In this document: positions 27,178 to 40,405 of the stretch, in pieces
Position numbering within the stretch: position 1 is the stretch's first letter
Layout of the letters: each line of letters starts with the position of its first letter
Source of the DNA: an uncultured Flavobacteriaceae bacterium
GTDB lineage: Bacteria > Bacteroidota > Bacteroidia > Flavobacteriales > Flavobacteriaceae
Length of the DNA: 64,000 bases
Direction: 5' to 3'
NCBI GenBank assembly: GCA_947500575.1
Contig: CANMSI010000004.1
Span: 344,778-408,777 of the forward strand
Notes under the pieces: model-generated
What the model saw: only the letters and a program-made list of their open reading frames with translations
What the model was told of the DNA's origin: nothing
The model's database searches: none
Made by a program: the position numbers and the translations under genes

Positions 27178-27489
27178 CTACGCTTCGCCTGTAGGACCAA
27201 AATTTAAAGGTATGGCTGGTTGCTCGTAGTCCTTTATGGTACCATGGGCTTTTTCAAAGCGATGTACATTATCGCTCAATGCTTTGAGAAATTTCTTAGC
27301 ATGCTGCGGCGTTAAAACAATTCTGCTTTTCACTTTAGCCTTAGGCGCACCCGGCATCATGCTAATAAAATCCACAACAAATTCGGATACAGAATGATTA
27401 ATAATAGCGAGGTTCGAATAGATCCCTTCCGCAGTTTTCTCATCTAATTCAATATTAATTTGTTTCTGGTTTTGTTTATTGTCTGCCAT
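27178..27489 (-). CDS. DUF3467-family protein
   Basis: 103 aa. Its position immediately downstream of rpoC is conserved in Bacteroidota. Sequence: INIELDEKTAEGIYSNLAIINHSVSEFVVDF. Confidence 0.8.
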   Translation of the reverse strand: MADNKQNQKQINIELDEKTAEGIYSNLAIINHSVSEFVVDFISMMPGAPKAKVKSRIVLTPQHAKKFLKALSDNVHRFEKAHGTIKDYEQPAIPLNFGPTGEA

Positions 27490-27642
27490 CGTTATAAATA
27501 TCTATTAGTTATACTCAAAAAGAGTTTAAAAAAAGAAGCTAGAAATAAGACACTTTTATTATAAAGTTATGGTCTCATCTCTAGCCTCTCCTGTTTATGA
27601 TTTGCTTCTACCTATCCTAATACAAGGTACATAAAAGTAATC

Positions 27643-30600
27643 TTAAAATTTCAACTCCTCCTTGCGAGCCATGATTTCATCATATTCTTCTTTAGAACCT
27701 ACAATGATGTTCTCATAATCTCTCATTCCTGTACCTGCAGGTATTTTATGCCCTACAATTACATTCTCTTTCAGACCTTCTAAGTGATCCACTTTACCGC
27801 TTACAGCAGCTTCGTTTAACACTTTTGTAGTTTCCTGGAAGGAAGCCGCAGAGATAAAGGATTTCGTCTGTAAAGACGCTCTAGTGATTCCTTGCAATAT
27901 AGGAGTTGCTGTAGCTGCTACTGCATCTTTCGCTTCCACTAGTGCCTTATCTGCACGTTTTAAGATAGAATTCTCATCTCTTAGTTCCCTAGCAGTAATA
28001 ATCTGACCAGCTTTTAAATTCTCTGACTCACCAGCTTCTACTACTACTTTCTTACCGTAGATCTCATCATTCTCCTTAATAAAATCAGCTTTATGCGCCA
28101 ATTGATTCTCTAGGAAAATGGTATCACCTGGATCCTGAATACGTACTTTACGCATCATTTGTCTTACTACTACCTCAAAATGCTTGTCATTAATTTTTAC
28201 CCCTTGCAAACGATATACTTCTTGAACTTCATTCACCAAGTATTGTTGTACCGCTGAAGGGCCTTTAATGGCAAGGATGTCTTCTGGTGTAATAGAACCA
28301 TCTGATAATGGCATCCCGGCACGAACATAATCGTTTTCCTGCACCAATATCTGATTGGATAATTTCACCAAATACTTCTTAATCTCACCTAATTTAGATT
28401 CAATGATAATCTCTCGATTACCTCTCTTTATTTTACCAAAGGAAACTACACCATCAATTTCCGAAACTACTGCCGGGTTTGATGGGTTACGTGCTTCGAA
28501 CAATTCTGTTACACGTGGTAAACCTCCTGTAATATCACCTGCTTTTGCAGATTTACGAGGAATCTTCACTAGGATCTTTCCTTCCTTAATCTTATCGCCA
28601 TCATCTACCATGATGTGAGATCCAACTGGAAGGTTATAAGAACGTAAAACTTCTCCCTTACTGTCCTTAATTAATAAGGTAGGTATCAGCTTTTTATTTC
28701 TAGATTCTGAAATTACTTTTTCCTGGAAACCAGTTTGCTCATCAATTTCTACTTGATAGGTAACCCCTTGTTCAATATTCTCATAAGCAATTTGCCCAGG
28801 GAATTCTGATACAATTACACCGTTATATGGATCCCATGAACAAACAATATCGTTCTTTTTAATTTTGGCACCATTCTTAATAAACAGTTGTGATCCATAA
28901 GGGATGTTGTTTGTACTTAAGGTAATACCTGTAGTAGCATCAACAATTTTAATCTCTGAGGTTCTGGAAATTACAATATTCGCTGGTTTTCCATCAGAAT
29001 CAGTTCCTTTAACCAACCTTAAGTCTTCTATTTCAGCGACCCCATCAAACTTAGCTTCTAGCTTATTGTCTTCTGAAATGTTACCTGCAATACCCCCTAC
29101 GTGGAAGGTTCTTAAGGTTAACTGAGTTCCTGGTTCTCCAATAGACTGTGCAGCAACAACTCCAACAGCTTCTCCTCGTTGTACCATCTTATTAGTAGAG
29201 AGGTTTCTTCCGTAACACTTGCCACAGATTCCTTTTTCGGCTTCACAAGTCAATGCAGAACGTACTTCTATTTTATCAATTGGAGATGCCTCAACACGCT
29301 TCACATCAGCCTCCATTATTTCTTGTCCGGCAGATAAAAGCAACTCTTCATTCAAAGGATTAAAGACATCGTGTAAGGAAACTCTACCAAGAATACGTTC
29401 TCCTAAAGTTTCTACGATCTCTTCATTCTTCTTCAAAGCAGATACCTCAATTCCTCTTAAGGTTCCACAATCTACTGTATTGATAATTACATCCTGAGAC
29501 ACATCTACCAAACGACGTGTAAGATATCCTGCATCTGCCGTTTTTAAAGCGGTATCTGCAAGTCCTTTACGTGCACCGTGCGTAGATATAAAGTATTCTA
29601 AGATGGATAATCCTTCCTTAAAGTTGGATAGAATCGGGTTTTCGATAATTTCTCCACCACCGGCAGTAGATTTTTTAGGCTTTGCCATTAATCCACGCAT
29701 ACCTGTTAACTGACGGATTTGCTCTTTAGATCCCCTTGCTCCAGAATCAAGCATCATATATACAGAGTTGAATCCCTGTTGATCTTCTCTAATACGCTTC
29801 ATAGCTAACTCTGTTAGCATCGCATTGGTAGAAGTCCAAACATCAATCACCTGATTATAACGTTCATTGTTGGTAATAAGACCCATATTATAATTGGCCA
29901 TAATACCATCTACCTGTCCGTTCGCATCTGCAATCATCTCATGCTTCTCTGGCGGAATAATAATATCTCCCAGACTAAAGGAAAGACCACCTTTAAAGGC
30001 AAATTCATACCCCATGGTCTTAATTTTGTCTAAGAAATCTGCCGTTGTAGGCACATCTGTAACGGCAAGTATATCTCCAATAATATCACGAAGTGATTTC
30101 TTGTTCAATACATCATTCACATAACCCGCTTGCTCTGGAACTACCATATTAAAGAGTACTCTACCTGTGGTAGTTTCTATAATTTGGTTGACCAATTCTC
30201 CTTCTTCATTAAAATCTTTTGCGCGTACTTTAATACCCGCATTTAATTCTAATCTACCTTCGTTAAAAGCGATTACTACCTCTTCCGCAGAATAAAAGGT
30301 TAAACCTTCTCCTCTAACAGGAACTTCTTTGGTCGACTTTCTTTCTTTGGTCATATAATACAGACCCAATACCATATCCTGAGATGGTACCGTAATTGGA
30401 GAACCATTTGCAGGGTTTAAGATATTATGAGAAGCAAGCATTAATAACTGAGCTTCCAAAATTGCTTCTGGTCCCAATGGTAAATGCACTGCCATTTGAT
30501 CTCCATCAAAATCCGCATTAAAAGCCGTACAAACCAAGGGATGCAAGCGAATTGCCTTTCCTTCAATTAATTTTGGCTGAAATGCTTGGATTCCCAAACG

Positions 30601-31941
30601 GTGCAAGGTAGGAGCACGGTTTAATAATACAGGATGCCCTTTTAAAACATTCTCTAAAATATCCCATACTACTGGCTCTTTCTTATCTATAATTTTCTTG
30701 GCAGATTTTACCGTTTTCACGATTCCTCTTTCAATAAGCTTACGGATTACAAAGGGCTTATATAATTCTGCAGCCATGTCTTTTGGAAGACCGCATTCAA
30801 ATAATTTCATTTCTGGTCCAACCACAATAACCGAACGTGCTGAATAATCTACACGTTTTCCTAAGAGGTTTTGACGGAAACGACCTTGTTTCCCTTTCAA
30901 TGAATCTGAAAGTGATTTTAAAGGCCTATTTGATTCGGTCTTTACAGCAGAAGCCTTACGCGTGTTATCAAATAGAGAATCTACTGCTTCCTGAAGCATA
31001 CGTTTCTCATTTCTAAGAATTACCTCAGGTGCTTTTATTTCCATCAATCGTTTCAAACGATTGTTTCTAATAATTACTCTTCTGTATAAATCATTTAAAT
31101 CTGAAGTAGCAAAACGTCCTCCATCTAGTGGTACTAACGGACGTAATTCTGGTGGAATTACAGGAACCACTTTCATGATCATCCACTCTGGCCTATTCTC
31201 TCTATTTTCTTGAGATTCTCTTAAAGCTTCTACTACCTGAAGACGTTTTAAGGCCTCTGTTTTACGTTGCTTAGACGTTTCCGTATTTGCTTTATGTCTC
31301 AGAGAAAAAGAAAGTTCATCCAAATCAATACGAGCTAGAAGGTCTATTAGACATTCGGCTCCCATTTTAGCGATGAATTTATTTGGATCGGAATCTTCTA
31401 AATACTGATTCTCCTGTGGAAGCTCTTCTAAAATATTTAGATATTCTTCTTCTGTTAGGAAATCCATTTTCTGAATTTCTTCACCTTCTTCATTCTTTGC
31501 TAAACCTGCCTGAATTACAACATACCTTTCATAGTAGATAATCATATCTAACTTTTTGGAAGGTAATCCAAGTAAGTATCCTATCTTGTTGGGTAAAGAA
31601 CGGAAATACCAGATATGCGCCACAGGAACTACTAAGTTAATGTGCCCTACTCTGTCTCTACGTACTTTCTTCTCAGTTACTTCTACCCCACAACGATCAC
31701 AAACGATACCACGGTAACGAATTCTCTTGTATTTTCCACAAGCACATTCATAATCCTTTACAGGACCAAAAATACGCTCACAAAACAACCCGTCTCGCTC
31801 CGGTTTGTGTGTTCTATAATTAATGGTTTCAGGTTTTAGAACCTCTCCTCTTGACTCCGCCAGAATTGCTTCCGGAGAGGCTAATCCGATAGAGATTTTA
31901 TCAAACCTTTTAATTGCAGTATTATCTTTTTGTCTTGCCAT
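27643..31941 (-). CDS. rpoC: DNA-directed RNA polymerase subunit beta-prime
   Basis: 1432 aa. It contains [12 protein letters not shown], the catalytic motif, and a zinc-binding CxCGKY..C.RCG segment. Confidence 0.98.
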   Translation of the reverse strand: MARQKDNTAIKRFDKISIGLASPEAILAESRGEVLKPETINYRTHKPERDGLFCERIFGPVKDYECACGKYKRIRYRGIVCDRCGVEVTEKKVRRDRVGHINLVVPVAHIWYFRSLPNKIGYLLGLPSKKLDMIIYYERYVVIQAGLAKNEEGEEIQKMDFLTEEEYLNILEELPQENQYLEDSDPNKFIAKMGAECLIDLLARIDLDELSFSLRHKANTETSKQRKTEALKRLQVVEALRESQENRENRPEWMIMKVVPVIPPELRPLVPLDGGRFATSDLNDLYRRVIIRNNRLKRLMEIKAPEVILRNEKRMLQEAVDSLFDNTRKASAVKTESNRPLKSLSDSLKGKQGRFRQNLLGKRVDYSARSVIVVGPEMKLFECGLPKDMAAELYKPFVIRKLIERGIVKTVKSAKKIIDKKEPVVWDILENVLKGHPVLLNRAPTLHRLGIQAFQPKLIEGKAIRLHPLVCTAFNADFDGDQMAVHLPLGPEAILEAQLLMLASHNILNPANGSPITVPSQDMVLGLYYMTKERKSTKEVPVRGEGLTFYSAEEVVIAFNEGRLELNAGIKVRAKDFNEEGELVNQIIETTTGRVLFNMVVPEQAGYVNDVLNKKSLRDIIGDILAVTDVPTTADFLDKIKTMGYEFAFKGGLSFSLGDIIIPPEKHEMIADANGQVDGIMANYNMGLITNNERYNQVIDVWTSTNAMLTELAMKRIREDQQGFNSVYMMLDSGARGSKEQIRQLTGMRGLMAKPKKSTAGGGEIIENPILSNFKEGLSILEYFISTHGARKGLADTALKTADAGYLTRRLVDVSQDVIINTVDCGTLRGIEVSALKKNEEIVETLGERILGRVSLHDVFNPLNEELLLSAGQEIMEADVKRVEASPIDKIEVRSALTCEAEKGICGKCYGRNLSTNKMVQRGEAVGVVAAQSIGEPGTQLTLRTFHVGGIAGNISEDNKLEAKFDGVAEIEDLRLVKGTDSDGKPANIVISRTSEIKIVDATTGITLSTNNIPYGSQLFIKNGAKIKKNDIVCSWDPYNGVIVSEFPGQIAYENIEQGVTYQVEIDEQTGFQEKVISESRNKKLIPTLLIKDSKGEVLRSYNLPVGSHIMVDDGDKIKEGKILVKIPRKSAKAGDITGGLPRVTELFEARNPSNPAVVSEIDGVVSFGKIKRGNREIIIESKLGEIKKYLVKLSNQILVQENDYVRAGMPLSDGSITPEDILAIKGPSAVQQYLVNEVQEVYRLQGVKINDKHFEVVVRQMMRKVRIQDPGDTIFLENQLAHKADFIKENDEIYGKKVVVEAGESENLKAGQIITARELRDENSILKRADKALVEAKDAVAATATPILQGITRASLQTKSFISAASFQETTKVLNEAAVSGKVDHLEGLKENVIVGHKIPAGTGMRDYENIIVGSKEEYDEIMARKEELKF

Positions 31942-31999
31942 AATAATATGGTGATAGTAATTTAAATGTTCTAATTACATCGTTTTAACAACGATATGC

Positions 32000-34900
32000 T
32001 TATTCTTCCAATCTGATGTCCAAACCTAAACCTTTAAGTTCGTGCATTAATACATTGAAAGATTCTGGTAAACCAGGTTCTGGCATTGTTTCTCCTTTAA
32101 CGATCGATTCATAGGTTTTTGCCCTACCGATAACATCATCCGATTTTACCGTAAGAATCTCTCTCAAAGTAGCAGAAGCTCCATACGCCTCTAGTGCCCA
32201 TACTTCCATTTCTCCAAAACGCTGACCACCAAACTGTGCTTTACCACCCAATGGCTGTTGCGTAATTAATGAATATGGTCCTATAGAACGTGCGTGCATC
32301 TTATCATCTACCATATGTCCTAATTTCAACATATAGATAACACCTACGGTTGCTGGTTGATCAAAACGCTGTCCTGTTCCACCATCGTATAAATAGGTAT
32401 GTCCAAATCTAGGAATGCTAGCTTCATCTGTATATGAATTGATTTGATCTAAAGTAGCTCCATCAAAAATTGGTGTTCCGAATTTTTTACCAAGCTTCAA
32501 GCCTGCCCATCCAAGAACAGTCTCATAAATCTGACCAATATTCATACGAGATGGTACCCCAAGTGGATTCAATACAATATCTACTGGTGTTCCATCTTCT
32601 AAGAAAGGCATATCTTCTTGACGAACGATACGGGCAACAATACCTTTGTTACCGTGACGCCCTGCCATTTTATCACCTACTTTAAGCTTACGTTTCTTAG
32701 CAATGTATACTTTAGCAAGTTTCATAATCCCTGCAGGAAGTTCATCTCCTACTGAAATAGTAAACTTATCACGTCTAAGATTTCCTTGAAGATCGTTCAA
32801 TTTAATCTTGTAGTTGTGCAACAAATCGGCTACCAAACTATTGGTATCCTTGTCTGTTGTCCAGCTTCCTCCTACTAAATGGGCAAAATCATCTACCGCA
32901 TTTAACATCTTCATGGTGTACTTCTTTCCTTTAGGCAATACTTCCTCACCTAAATCATTTAATACTCCTTGTGAAGTTTTTCCGTTAATTAAGGCAAATA
33001 ACTTCTCTACTAAGACATCTTTTAATTGTTGGAATTTTACTTCGTATTCCAATTCCAATTTAGAAATGGCTTCTTTATCTTCAGAGCGTTTACGCTTATC
33101 TTTAATAGAGCGAGAGAATAGTTTCTTGTCTATTACTACACCTCTAAGAGAAGGTGAAGCTTTCAAAGAAGCATCCTTTACATCGCCTGCTTTATCACCA
33201 AAGATAGCTCTCAATAATTTCTCTTCAGGAGTAGGATCAGATTCTCCTTTTGGTGTAATCTTACCAATAAGGATGTCGCCAGGTTTTACCTCTGCTCCAA
33301 TGCGAATCATTCCGTGCTCATCTAAATCTTTGGTTGCCTCTTCCGAAACATTTGGAATATCATTGGTCAATTCTTCAGCACCTAATTTAGTGTCTCGTAC
33401 CTCCAATGCATATTCATCTATATGTATAGACGTAAAGATATCTTCACGAACTACTTTTTCAGAAATTACAATAGCATCCTCAAAGTTATATCCTTTCCAA
33501 GGCATAAAGGCTACTTTTAGGTTCCTACCCAAAGCCAATTCTCCTTTTTCAGTAGCGTACCCTTCACATAATACCTGTCCTTTCTTCACCTTATCGCCTT
33601 TTTGGACAATGGGCTTAAGATTGATACTTGTTCCTTGGTTCGTTTTTCTAAACTTCACAAGATTGTAACTCTTAGAGTCTTCTTCAAAGCTAATTAAACG
33701 TGCTTCCTCAGATCTGATATACTTGATGGTGATTTTCTTAGCATCTACATACTCAATAACACCATCGCCTTCCGCGTTGATCAATACTCTTGAATCTGAT
33801 GCTACTTGTCTTTCTAGACCCGTTCCAACAATCGGTGATTGTGGCTTTAATAACGGTACCGCTTGACGCATCATGTTAGATCCCATCAACGCACGGTTTG
33901 CATCATCATGTTCCAAGAAAGGAATTAAAGAAGCGGAAATAGAAGCTATTTGATTAGGCGCTACATCCGTATAATTTACTTCAGAAGGATCTACCACTGG
34001 GAAATCTCCTTCTTCTCTAGCAATTACCTTTTCACTATCAATTGTACCATTATCTTTCATTGGAATGTTTGCTTGCGCAATTTTCATTCCTTCTTCTTCC
34101 TCGGCACTTAAGTATATAAATTCTTTTGTATTTACTTTTCCATTATCAACTTTACGATAAGGAGTTTCCAAGAAGCCCATTGGGTTTACTTTGGCAAATA
34201 CAGAAAGTGAAGAAATCAATCCAATATTTGGTCCTTCCGGAGTTTCAATTGGACAAAGTCTTCCGTAGTGCGTATAGTGTACATCTCGTACCTCAAAACC
34301 AGCTCTTTCTCTAGAAAGACCTCCTGGCCCTAGGGCAGATAATCTTCTTTTATGCGTTATCTCTGCTAATGGATTTGTTTGATCCATGAACTGCGATAAC
34401 TGATTGGTACCAAAGAACGAATTAATAACAGAAGACAAGGTCTTCGCATTAATTAAATCAATAGGTGTAAATACCTCATTATCTCGTACGTTCATACGTT
34501 CACGGATGGTTCTAGCCATACGGGCTAAACCAACACCAAATTGAGAAGAAAGTTGCTCCCCTACGGTACGTACACGTCTATTAGAAAGGTGATCAATATC
34601 ATCAATCTCTGCCTTAGAGTTAATTAACTCAATAAGGTACTTTATGATGGTAATGATATCCTCTTTGGTAAGGACTTGTTTGTCCATACCAATATCTAAT
34701 TGTAATTTTTTATTCATTCGGTAACGACCTACTTCACCTAAGTTGTATCGTTGGTCCGAGAAGAACAGTTTATCAATGATACCTCTTGCCGTTTCTTCAT
34801 CTGGCGGTTCAGCATTACGTAACTGTCTGTAAATATGTTCTACTGCTTCCTTTTCGGAATTGGTAGGATCTTTTTGAAGTGTATTATGAATAATTGCATA

Positions 34901-35809
34901 ATCACTCTGTGCATTATTTTCTTTGTGTAAAAGGATCGTTTTCACATCGGCTTCTAAAATTTGAGCGATGTGATCTTTCTCTAATACAGTGTCTCTATCT
35001 AGCACAATTTCATTACGTTCAATAGATACTACTTCTCCAGTATCTTCATCAACGAAATCTTCGTGCCATGTATTTAAAACTCTAGCCGCAAGCTTACGAC
35101 CTAAAACTTTCTTTAATCCTGCATTGGAAACTTTGATTTCTTCAGAAAGGTCAAAAATCTCTAAAATATCCTTATCGCGTTCAAAGCCTATTGCTCTGAA
35201 CAAGGTAGTTACAGGTAATTTCTTTTTTCGATCAATATACGCGTACATTACGCCGTTGATATCGGTAGCAAATTCTATCCAAGAACCCTTAAATGGAATA
35301 ACTCTTGCCGAGTATAACTTGGTTCCGTTCGCATGGAAAGACTGTCCAAAGAATACACCAGGTGAACGGTGTAATTGAGATACTACAACACGTTCTGCTC
35401 CATTGATAACAAAAGTACCGCTAGGTGTCATGTAAGGAATGGTCCCTAAATAAACATCTTGTACAATTGTCTCAAAATCCTCGTGCTCTGGATCTGTACA
35501 ATACAATTTCAGTCTAGCCTTTAGCGGAACGCTATAGGTAAGACCTCTTTCTATACATTCTTGTATGGAGTATCTAGGCGGATCTATGAAATAGTCTAAA
35601 AACTCTAATACAAACTGGTTTCGTGTGTCGGTAATCGGGAAGTTTTCCATGAAGGTATTATACAATCCTTCATTGCCTCTTTCGTCAGATTTTGTTTCTA
35701 ATTGGAAGAAATCCTGAAACGATTTAATCTGAATGTCCAAGAAATCCGGGTATTCCGGAATGTTCTTAGCGGATGCAAAACTTATTCTTTCAGTCTGATT
35801 TGTGAACAT
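32000..35809 (-). CDS. rpoB: DNA-directed RNA polymerase subunit beta
   Basis: The ORF-track start at 35812 is a TTG; the ATG at 35809 gives [11 protein letters not shown].... Conserved segments include GRHGNKGIV and [20 protein letters not shown]. Confidence 0.98.
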   Translation of the reverse strand: MFTNQTERISFASAKNIPEYPDFLDIQIKSFQDFFQLETKSDERGNEGLYNTFMENFPITDTRNQFVLEFLDYFIDPPRYSIQECIERGLTYSVPLKARLKLYCTDPEHEDFETIVQDVYLGTIPYMTPSGTFVINGAERVVVSQLHRSPGVFFGQSFHANGTKLYSARVIPFKGSWIEFATDINGVMYAYIDRKKKLPVTTLFRAIGFERDKDILEIFDLSEEIKVSNAGLKKVLGRKLAARVLNTWHEDFVDEDTGEVVSIERNEIVLDRDTVLEKDHIAQILEADVKTILLHKENNAQSDYAIIHNTLQKDPTNSEKEAVEHIYRQLRNAEPPDEETARGIIDKLFFSDQRYNLGEVGRYRMNKKLQLDIGMDKQVLTKEDIITIIKYLIELINSKAEIDDIDHLSNRRVRTVGEQLSSQFGVGLARMARTIRERMNVRDNEVFTPIDLINAKTLSSVINSFFGTNQLSQFMDQTNPLAEITHKRRLSALGPGGLSRERAGFEVRDVHYTHYGRLCPIETPEGPNIGLISSLSVFAKVNPMGFLETPYRKVDNGKVNTKEFIYLSAEEEEGMKIAQANIPMKDNGTIDSEKVIAREEGDFPVVDPSEVNYTDVAPNQIASISASLIPFLEHDDANRALMGSNMMRQAVPLLKPQSPIVGTGLERQVASDSRVLINAEGDGVIEYVDAKKITIKYIRSEEARLISFEEDSKSYNLVKFRKTNQGTSINLKPIVQKGDKVKKGQVLCEGYATEKGELALGRNLKVAFMPWKGYNFEDAIVISEKVVREDIFTSIHIDEYALEVRDTKLGAEELTNDIPNVSEEATKDLDEHGMIRIGAEVKPGDILIGKITPKGESDPTPEEKLLRAIFGDKAGDVKDASLKASPSLRGVVIDKKLFSRSIKDKRKRSEDKEAISKLELEYEVKFQQLKDVLVEKLFALINGKTSQGVLNDLGEEVLPKGKKYTMKMLNAVDDFAHLVGGSWTTDKDTNSLVADLLHNYKIKLNDLQGNLRRDKFTISVGDELPAGIMKLAKVYIAKKRKLKVGDKMAGRHGNKGIVARIVRQEDMPFLEDGTPVDIVLNPLGVPSRMNIGQIYETVLGWAGLKLGKKFGTPIFDGATLDQINSYTDEASIPRFGHTYLYDGGTGQRFDQPATVGVIYMLKLGHMVDDKMHARSIGPYSLITQQPLGGKAQFGGQRFGEMEVWALEAYGASATLREILTVKSDDVIGRAKTYESIVKGETMPEPGLPESFNVLMHELKGLGLDIRLEE

Positions 35810-35878
35810 CAATGGACAAAATTTTGATCGTGAATATTATATCGGGGTGGTATATCACTTTATATACCTCGTATAAAA

Positions 35879-35920
35879 GGGTTTAGGTCTAGCCACCAAA
35901 AAGGTGGAAAGACCTAAACC
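35879..35920 (-). terminator. Long hairpin between rplL and rpoB (probable partial terminator/attenuator)
   Basis: ggtttaggtct (35880-35890) pairs with agacctaaacc (35910-35920). An inner ccacc/ggtgg helix lies between them. On the minus strand it is followed by CTTTTAT. Confidence 0.6.
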
Positions 35921-35941
35921 AAAGTGCTATAGATGTTGCTC

Positions 35942-36322
35942 TTACTTAAGCTCAACTTCTGCTCCTGCTTCTTCTAAAGATTTTTTGATTCCTTCAGCTT
36001 CGTCTTTAGCAACGCCTTCTTTTACTGCTTTAGGTGCGCTATCTACGATGTCTTTAGCATCTTTCAATCCTAATCCGGTTAATTCCTTAACCAACTTAAC
36101 TACTGCTAATTTTGATCCACCAGCAGCGGTCAAAATTACGTCGAATTCAGTTTTCTCTTCAGCAGCTTCACCACCACCAGCAGCACCGCCACCAGCAGCA
36201 ACAGCAACTGCAGCAGCTGCAGGCTCTATACCGTACTCATCTTTTAATATATCAGCTAATTCATTTACTTCTTTTACAGTAAGGTTAACTAATTGTTCTG
36301 CGAAATCTTTTAAATCTGCCAT
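35942..36322 (-). CDS. rplL: 50S ribosomal protein L7/L12
   Basis: 126 aa with an Ala/Gly-rich hinge. The C-terminal domain reads [23 protein letters not shown]. Confidence 0.97.
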   Translation of the reverse strand: MADLKDFAEQLVNLTVKEVNELADILKDEYGIEPAAAAVAVAAGGGAAGGGEAAEEKTEFDVILTAAGGSKLAVVKLVKELTGLGLKDAKDIVDSAPKAVKEGVAKDEAEGIKKSLEEAGAEVELK

Positions 36323-36371
36323 TTTTCTATCGTTTAATAAAAATTTTTAATATTTAGTTTTTAAGTGCGTA

Positions 36372-36887
36372 CTATCTTTCAGATAATGTTTTAATAATAC
36401 CAGCTAGTTTACCACCACCTGATTTTAATCCAGAAATAACATTCTTGGCTGGGGATTGTAATAATCCAATAATTTCACCAATCATCTCTTCCTTAGATTT
36501 GATACTTACTAGCGTATCCAAATTCTCATCACCTATATAAATTGCTTCTTCAACAAAAGCACCTTTTAAAAGTGGTTTTTCAGACTTTTTTCTAAAGGTC
36601 TTAATCACTTTTGCTGGGCCATTTCCAACTTCAGAGAACATAAGGGAAGTATTGCCTTTCAATACTTCTGGTAGTTCACCAAATTCTTTATCAGAAGCTT
36701 CCATTGCTTTTGCAAGCAAGGTATTTTTAACAACCGCAAGCCTAACATTTGCTTTGAAACACGCTCTTCTCAAATCAGAAGTAGTCGCTGCATCCAATCC
36801 CGAAATATCTGCAAGATAAATCGTAGAACTATCAGCTAATTGCGTTGTTAAGTCCTGTATTACATTTTGTTTTTCTTCTCTTGTCAT
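36372..36887 (-). CDS. rplJ: 50S ribosomal protein L10
   Basis: 171 aa. Its position between rplA and rplL and its sequence support the call. Confidence 0.95.
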   Translation of the reverse strand: MTREEKQNVIQDLTTQLADSSTIYLADISGLDAATTSDLRRACFKANVRLAVVKNTLLAKAMEASDKEFGELPEVLKGNTSLMFSEVGNGPAKVIKTFRKKSEKPLLKGAFVEEAIYIGDENLDTLVSIKSKEEMIGEIIGLLQSPAKNVISGLKSGGGKLAGIIKTLSER

Positions 36888-36910
36888 AATAAAAACTTTA
36901 AACCTTAGGC

Positions 36911-37600
36911 TTAAATCGCTTTAGGATCTAGTTGAACGCTAGGACTCATCGTACTAGACATATAAATACTCTTCATATAGACACCTTTTGAAGCCGTAGG
37001 TTTTAATTTAACCAATGTATCTAACAGCTCTTGAACATTTCCAGCAATCTTATCAGCTGAGAAAGAAGACTTTCCAATAGCTGCATGTACAATTCCTGTT
37101 TTGTCTACTTTAAAATCGATTTTACCCGATTTCACTTCTGTTACTGCCTTAGCAACATCCATAGTAACTGTTCCTGTCTTTGGGTTAGGCATTAATCCTC
37201 TTGGTCCTAAAACTCTACCTAAAGGTCCTAATTTACCCATAACACTTGGCATTGTGATGATTACATCAACATCTGTCCAACCGCCTTTGATTTTGGTCAA
37301 ATACTCGTCTAACCCAACAAAGTCTGCACCAGCCTCTGTAGCCTCTGCTTCTTTGTCTGGGGTCACCAAAGCCAAAACTTTTACATCTTTACCTGTTCCA
37401 TGAGGAAGTGTCACTACGCCACGTACCATTTGGTTCGCTTTACGTGGATCCACTCCTAAACGGACAGCTAGGTCTACGGATGCATCAAATTTTGCATTGG
37501 TTATTTCTTTTATTAAAGCAGAAGCCTCTTCTATTGTATAGAGCTTATTCTTCTCTATTTTAGCATGAGCTTCCTTTTGCTTTTTTGTCAATTTTGCCAT
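36911..37600 (-). CDS. rplA: 50S ribosomal protein L1
   Basis: 229 aa. It contains [11 protein letters not shown]... and [11 protein letters not shown]. Confidence 0.97.
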   Translation of the reverse strand: MAKLTKKQKEAHAKIEKNKLYTIEEASALIKEITNAKFDASVDLAVRLGVDPRKANQMVRGVVTLPHGTGKDVKVLALVTPDKEAEATEAGADFVGLDEYLTKIKGGWTDVDVIITMPSVMGKLGPLGRVLGPRGLMPNPKTGTVTMDVAKAVTEVKSGKIDFKVDKTGIVHAAIGKSSFSADKIAGNVQELLDTLVKLKPTASKGVYMKSIYMSSTMSPSVQLDPKAI

Positions 37601-37621
37601 TCTAAATGCTTTTATAAGATT

Positions 37622-38059
37622 TTAAAAAGGTCTCTTTCCAGAAACTTTAAGTCCCATAGACCTTGCTGTACCAGCAACCATACTCATCGCTGATTCTACA
37701 GTGAAGGCGTTAAGGTCTACCATCTTATCTTCAGCGATAGCCTTTACCTGGTCCCAGTTTACACTTCCAGACTTTACCCGGTTAGGTTCGCCAGATCCTT
37801 TTTTAATCTTAGCTGCTTCCATAAGTTGAACTGCCGCTGGTGGTGTCTTAACAACAAACTCAAATGATTTGTCCTTATATACGGTGATAACAACTGGTAA
37901 AACTTTACCTGGTTTGTCCTGTGTCCGAGCATTAAACTGTTTACAGAACTCCATGATGTTAACGCCGGCAGCACCTAAAGCGGGTCCAACCGGTGGCGAC
38001 GGATTCGCAGCACCTCCCCTAACTTGTAGTTTAACTAACTTACTTATTTCTTTTGCCAT
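37622..38059 (-). CDS. rplK: 50S ribosomal protein L11
   Basis: 145 aa. It contains [20 protein letters not shown]. Confidence 0.97.
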   Translation of the reverse strand: MAKEISKLVKLQVRGGAANPSPPVGPALGAAGVNIMEFCKQFNARTQDKPGKVLPVVITVYKDKSFEFVVKTPPAAVQLMEAAKIKKGSGEPNRVKSGSVNWDQVKAIAEDKMVDLNAFTVESAMSMVAGTARSMGLKVSGKRPF

Positions 38060-38130
38060 TGTTTAAAATTAAATTAAAGCGTGTTTGTTGTGGAAGCAAC
38101 ACAGCTTTTAAAATATATGTAACAATTATT

Positions 38131-38682
38131 TTATACTTTTTCTACTTGCATATAACTTAGCTCTAATGGTGTCTTTCTTCCGAATATCTTTACCATTACT
38201 TCTAGCTTACGCTTTTCTTCATTTATCTTTTCAACAGTTCCATTAAAACCATTAAAAGGTCCATCAATCACCTTCACCGTTTCTCCTAGAACAAATGGGA
38301 TAGCAACACTGTCTGTATTTACAGCCAATTCATCTACTTTCCCCAACATTCTATTTACTTCAGTCTTTCTAAGCGGAACAGGATCTCCTCCTTTGGTTTC
38401 ACCTAAAAATCCAATAACATTTGTTATAGAGCGGATAATATGAATCATTTCTCCACCTAAATTCGCCTTTATCATTATATATCCAGGAAAATAGACACGC
38501 TCTTTGTTAATCTTTTTTCCGTTCCGTATTTGTATTACTTTTTCAGTAGGAACTAATACATCTTCCAAATAATCTCCAAATCCTAGTCGAGTTACCTCAC
38601 TCTCAATGTAGCCCTTAATTTTATTTTCTTGACCACTGACAGCTCTCACCACGTACCATTTCTTTTCTAATACTTCTGACAT
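38131..38682 (-). CDS. nusG: Transcription termination/antitermination factor NusG
   Basis: 183 aa. It has a KWYVVRAVSGQENK N-terminus and a KOW region. Confidence 0.95.
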   Translation of the reverse strand: MSEVLEKKWYVVRAVSGQENKIKGYIESEVTRLGFGDYLEDVLVPTEKVIQIRNGKKINKERVYFPGYIMIKANLGGEMIHIIRSITNVIGFLGETKGGDPVPLRKTEVNRMLGKVDELAVNTDSVAIPFVLGETVKVIDGPFNGFNGTVEKINEEKRKLEVMVKIFGRKTPLELSYMQVEKV

Positions 38683-38693
38683 AGTGATTGACT

Positions 38694-38882
38694 TTAGTTG
38701 ATTACGTTTTTAAAAACCCACTGAATCGCTTTACTAAAAAGACTATCTACACCCCATGTTGCTAGCGCCAATAAAATAGAAAACACTGCCACTATAACCA
38801 TAAGGTTAGAAGCATGAGCCCTAGAGGGCAATGTAACATTGTTTCTCAGTTCTTCTACAGATTCCTTTATATAGGTTAACAT
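38694..38882 (-). CDS. secE: Preprotein translocase subunit SecE
   Basis: 62 aa with a single TM helix. Its position between tRNA-Trp and nusG supports the call. Confidence 0.9.
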   Translation of the reverse strand: MLTYIKESVEELRNNVTLPSRAHASNLMVIVAVFSILLALATWGVDSLFSKAIQWVFKNVIN

Positions 38883-38949
38883 AAGGTGAAATATTTACTA
38901 TTAATTTTATTCAAGGATATTCAGCTTTCACTTTTCATCCTTCTACAAG

Positions 38950-39022
38950 CACGGGAGGAGAGACTCGAACTCCCGACACCTGGTTTTGGAGACCAGTGCT
39001 CTACCAACTGAGCTACACCCGT
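38950..39022 (-). tRNA. tRNA-Trp (anticodon CCA)
   Basis: Hand-folded cloverleaf: acceptor ACGGGTG/CTCCCGT (one T:T mismatch), D arm GCTC-AGTTGGTA-GAGC, anticodon arm CTGGT-CTCCAAA-ACCAG, T arm GGGAG-TTCGAGT-CTCTC. Confidence 0.9.
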
Positions 39023-39091
39023 TTCTATTTACATCAAAAGGTATCCCGCTGTAGCGGGACACCCCTGATGCAAAATTATATACTTTACGTA

Positions 39092-40279
39092 CTAGTCTGT
39101 AATTTCAGTAACCTGACCGGCACCTACAGTTCTACCACCCTCACGGATTGCAAAACGAAGACCAACACTTAATGCAATTGGCTGAATTAACTCTACCGTA
39201 ATGGTAAGGTTATCACCAGGCATTACCATTTCAACTCCATCAGGAAGCGCAATGTTACCTGTTACGTCTGTAGTTCTTACGTAGAACTGTGGACGATAGT
39301 TGTTATGGAATGGTGTGTGACGACCACCTTCTTCTTTCTTTAGGATATATACCTCTGCTTTGAATTTAGCATGCGGCTTCACAGAACCTGGCTTACAAAT
39401 TACCATTCCTCTACTAATTTGTGATTTTTCAATACCTCTTAATAAGATACCTACGTTATCACCAGCTTCACCTCTATCTAATATTTTACGGAACATCTCC
39501 ACACCAGTAATTGTAGAAGCTAATTTCTCAGCACCCATACCAATGATATCAACTGCATCACCTGTGTTAGCAATACCCGTTTCAATACGACCTGTTGCAA
39601 CAGTACCACGACCAGTAATTGTGAATACATCTTCAACTGGCATTAAGAAATCTTTATCAACATCTCTTTTTGGCAATTCGATCCACTCATCAACAGCATC
39701 CATTAAAGACATAACTGTATCTACCCATTTCTGCTCACCATTTAAAGCGCCTAATGCAGAACCAGCGATTACAGGTCCATTATCACCATCGTACTCGTAG
39801 AAAGAAAGTAATTCTCTTACTTCCATTTCAACAAGCTCGATTAATTCTTCATCGTCTACCATATCCACCTTGTTCATGAAAACAACGATTCTTGGAATAC
39901 CTACCTGACGTCCTAATAAGATGTGCTCACGAGTTTGTGGCATTGGACCATCTGTAGCAGCTACCACCAAAATAGCACCATCCATTTGGGCAGCACCAGT
40001 TACCATGTTCTTTACGTAATCCGCGTGACCAGGACAATCCACGTGTGCGTAGTGACGATTAGCCGTTTGGTATTCTACGTGAGATGTATTAATTGTAATA
40101 CCTCTTTCTTTTTCTTCTGGAGCGTTATCGATAGAATCGAAATCTCTCTTTTCAGACAAACCTGCGTTCGCTAATACTGTAGTGATAGCAGCAGTCAATG
40201 TAGTTTTACCGTGATCTACGTGTCCAATAGTACCTATATTTAAGTGCGGTTTGGAACGATCAAAAGTTTCCTTTGCCAT
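39092..40279 (-). CDS. tuf: Elongation factor Tu
   Basis: 395 aa. It contains [18 protein letters not shown] and NKVD motifs. Confidence 0.98.
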   Translation of the reverse strand: MAKETFDRSKPHLNIGTIGHVDHGKTTLTAAITTVLANAGLSEKRDFDSIDNAPEEKERGITINTSHVEYQTANRHYAHVDCPGHADYVKNMVTGAAQMDGAILVVAATDGPMPQTREHILLGRQVGIPRIVVFMNKVDMVDDEELIELVEMEVRELLSFYEYDGDNGPVIAGSALGALNGEQKWVDTVMSLMDAVDEWIELPKRDVDKDFLMPVEDVFTITGRGTVATGRIETGIANTGDAVDIIGMGAEKLASTITGVEMFRKILDRGEAGDNVGILLRGIEKSQISRGMVICKPGSVKPHAKFKAEVYILKKEEGGRHTPFHNNYRPQFYVRTTDVTGNIALPDGVEMVMPGDNLTITVELIQPIALSVGLRFAIREGGRTVGAGQVTEITD

Positions 40280-40333
40280 GTTTAATAAATTTTAATCTTA
40301 GTTTATATTAGTGTACAATTTATGCCTTATTTG

Positions 40334-40405
40334 AGCCAATGACGAGATTTGAACTCGTGACCTCTTCCTTACCAAGGAAACGCTCTACCCCTGAGCTACA
40401 CCGGC
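40334..40405 (-). tRNA. tRNA-Thr (anticodon GGT)
   Basis: GCCGGTGTAGCTCAGGGGTAGAGCGTTTCCTTGGTAAGGAAGAGGTCACGAGTTCAAATCTCGTCATTGGCT. The anticodon loop is TTGGTAA. Confidence 0.9.

Noticed and set aside
32814-36350. Plus-strand ORFs inside rpoB and rplL (32814..33668, 284 aa; 34989..35378; 35904..36350, 148 aa, Ala/Ser-rich)
   Set aside because: They lie antisense to highly conserved genes and have low-complexity or unrecognisable translations. They are typical shadow ORFs.
36888-38130. Search for L10 (rplJ) and L11/L1 autoregulatory leader structures
   Set aside because: The rplA-rplJ gap is only 23 nt. In the 71-nt nusG-rplK gap I found only weak 5-bp pairings, too little to support a feature.
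39044-39059. Short hairpin tcccgc-tgta-gcggga between tuf and tRNA-Trp as a terminator
   Set aside because: It has only a 6-bp stem with a weak, interrupted T tract, and tRNA-Trp-secE-nusG are probably co-transcribed or separately promoted. The evidence is insufficient.
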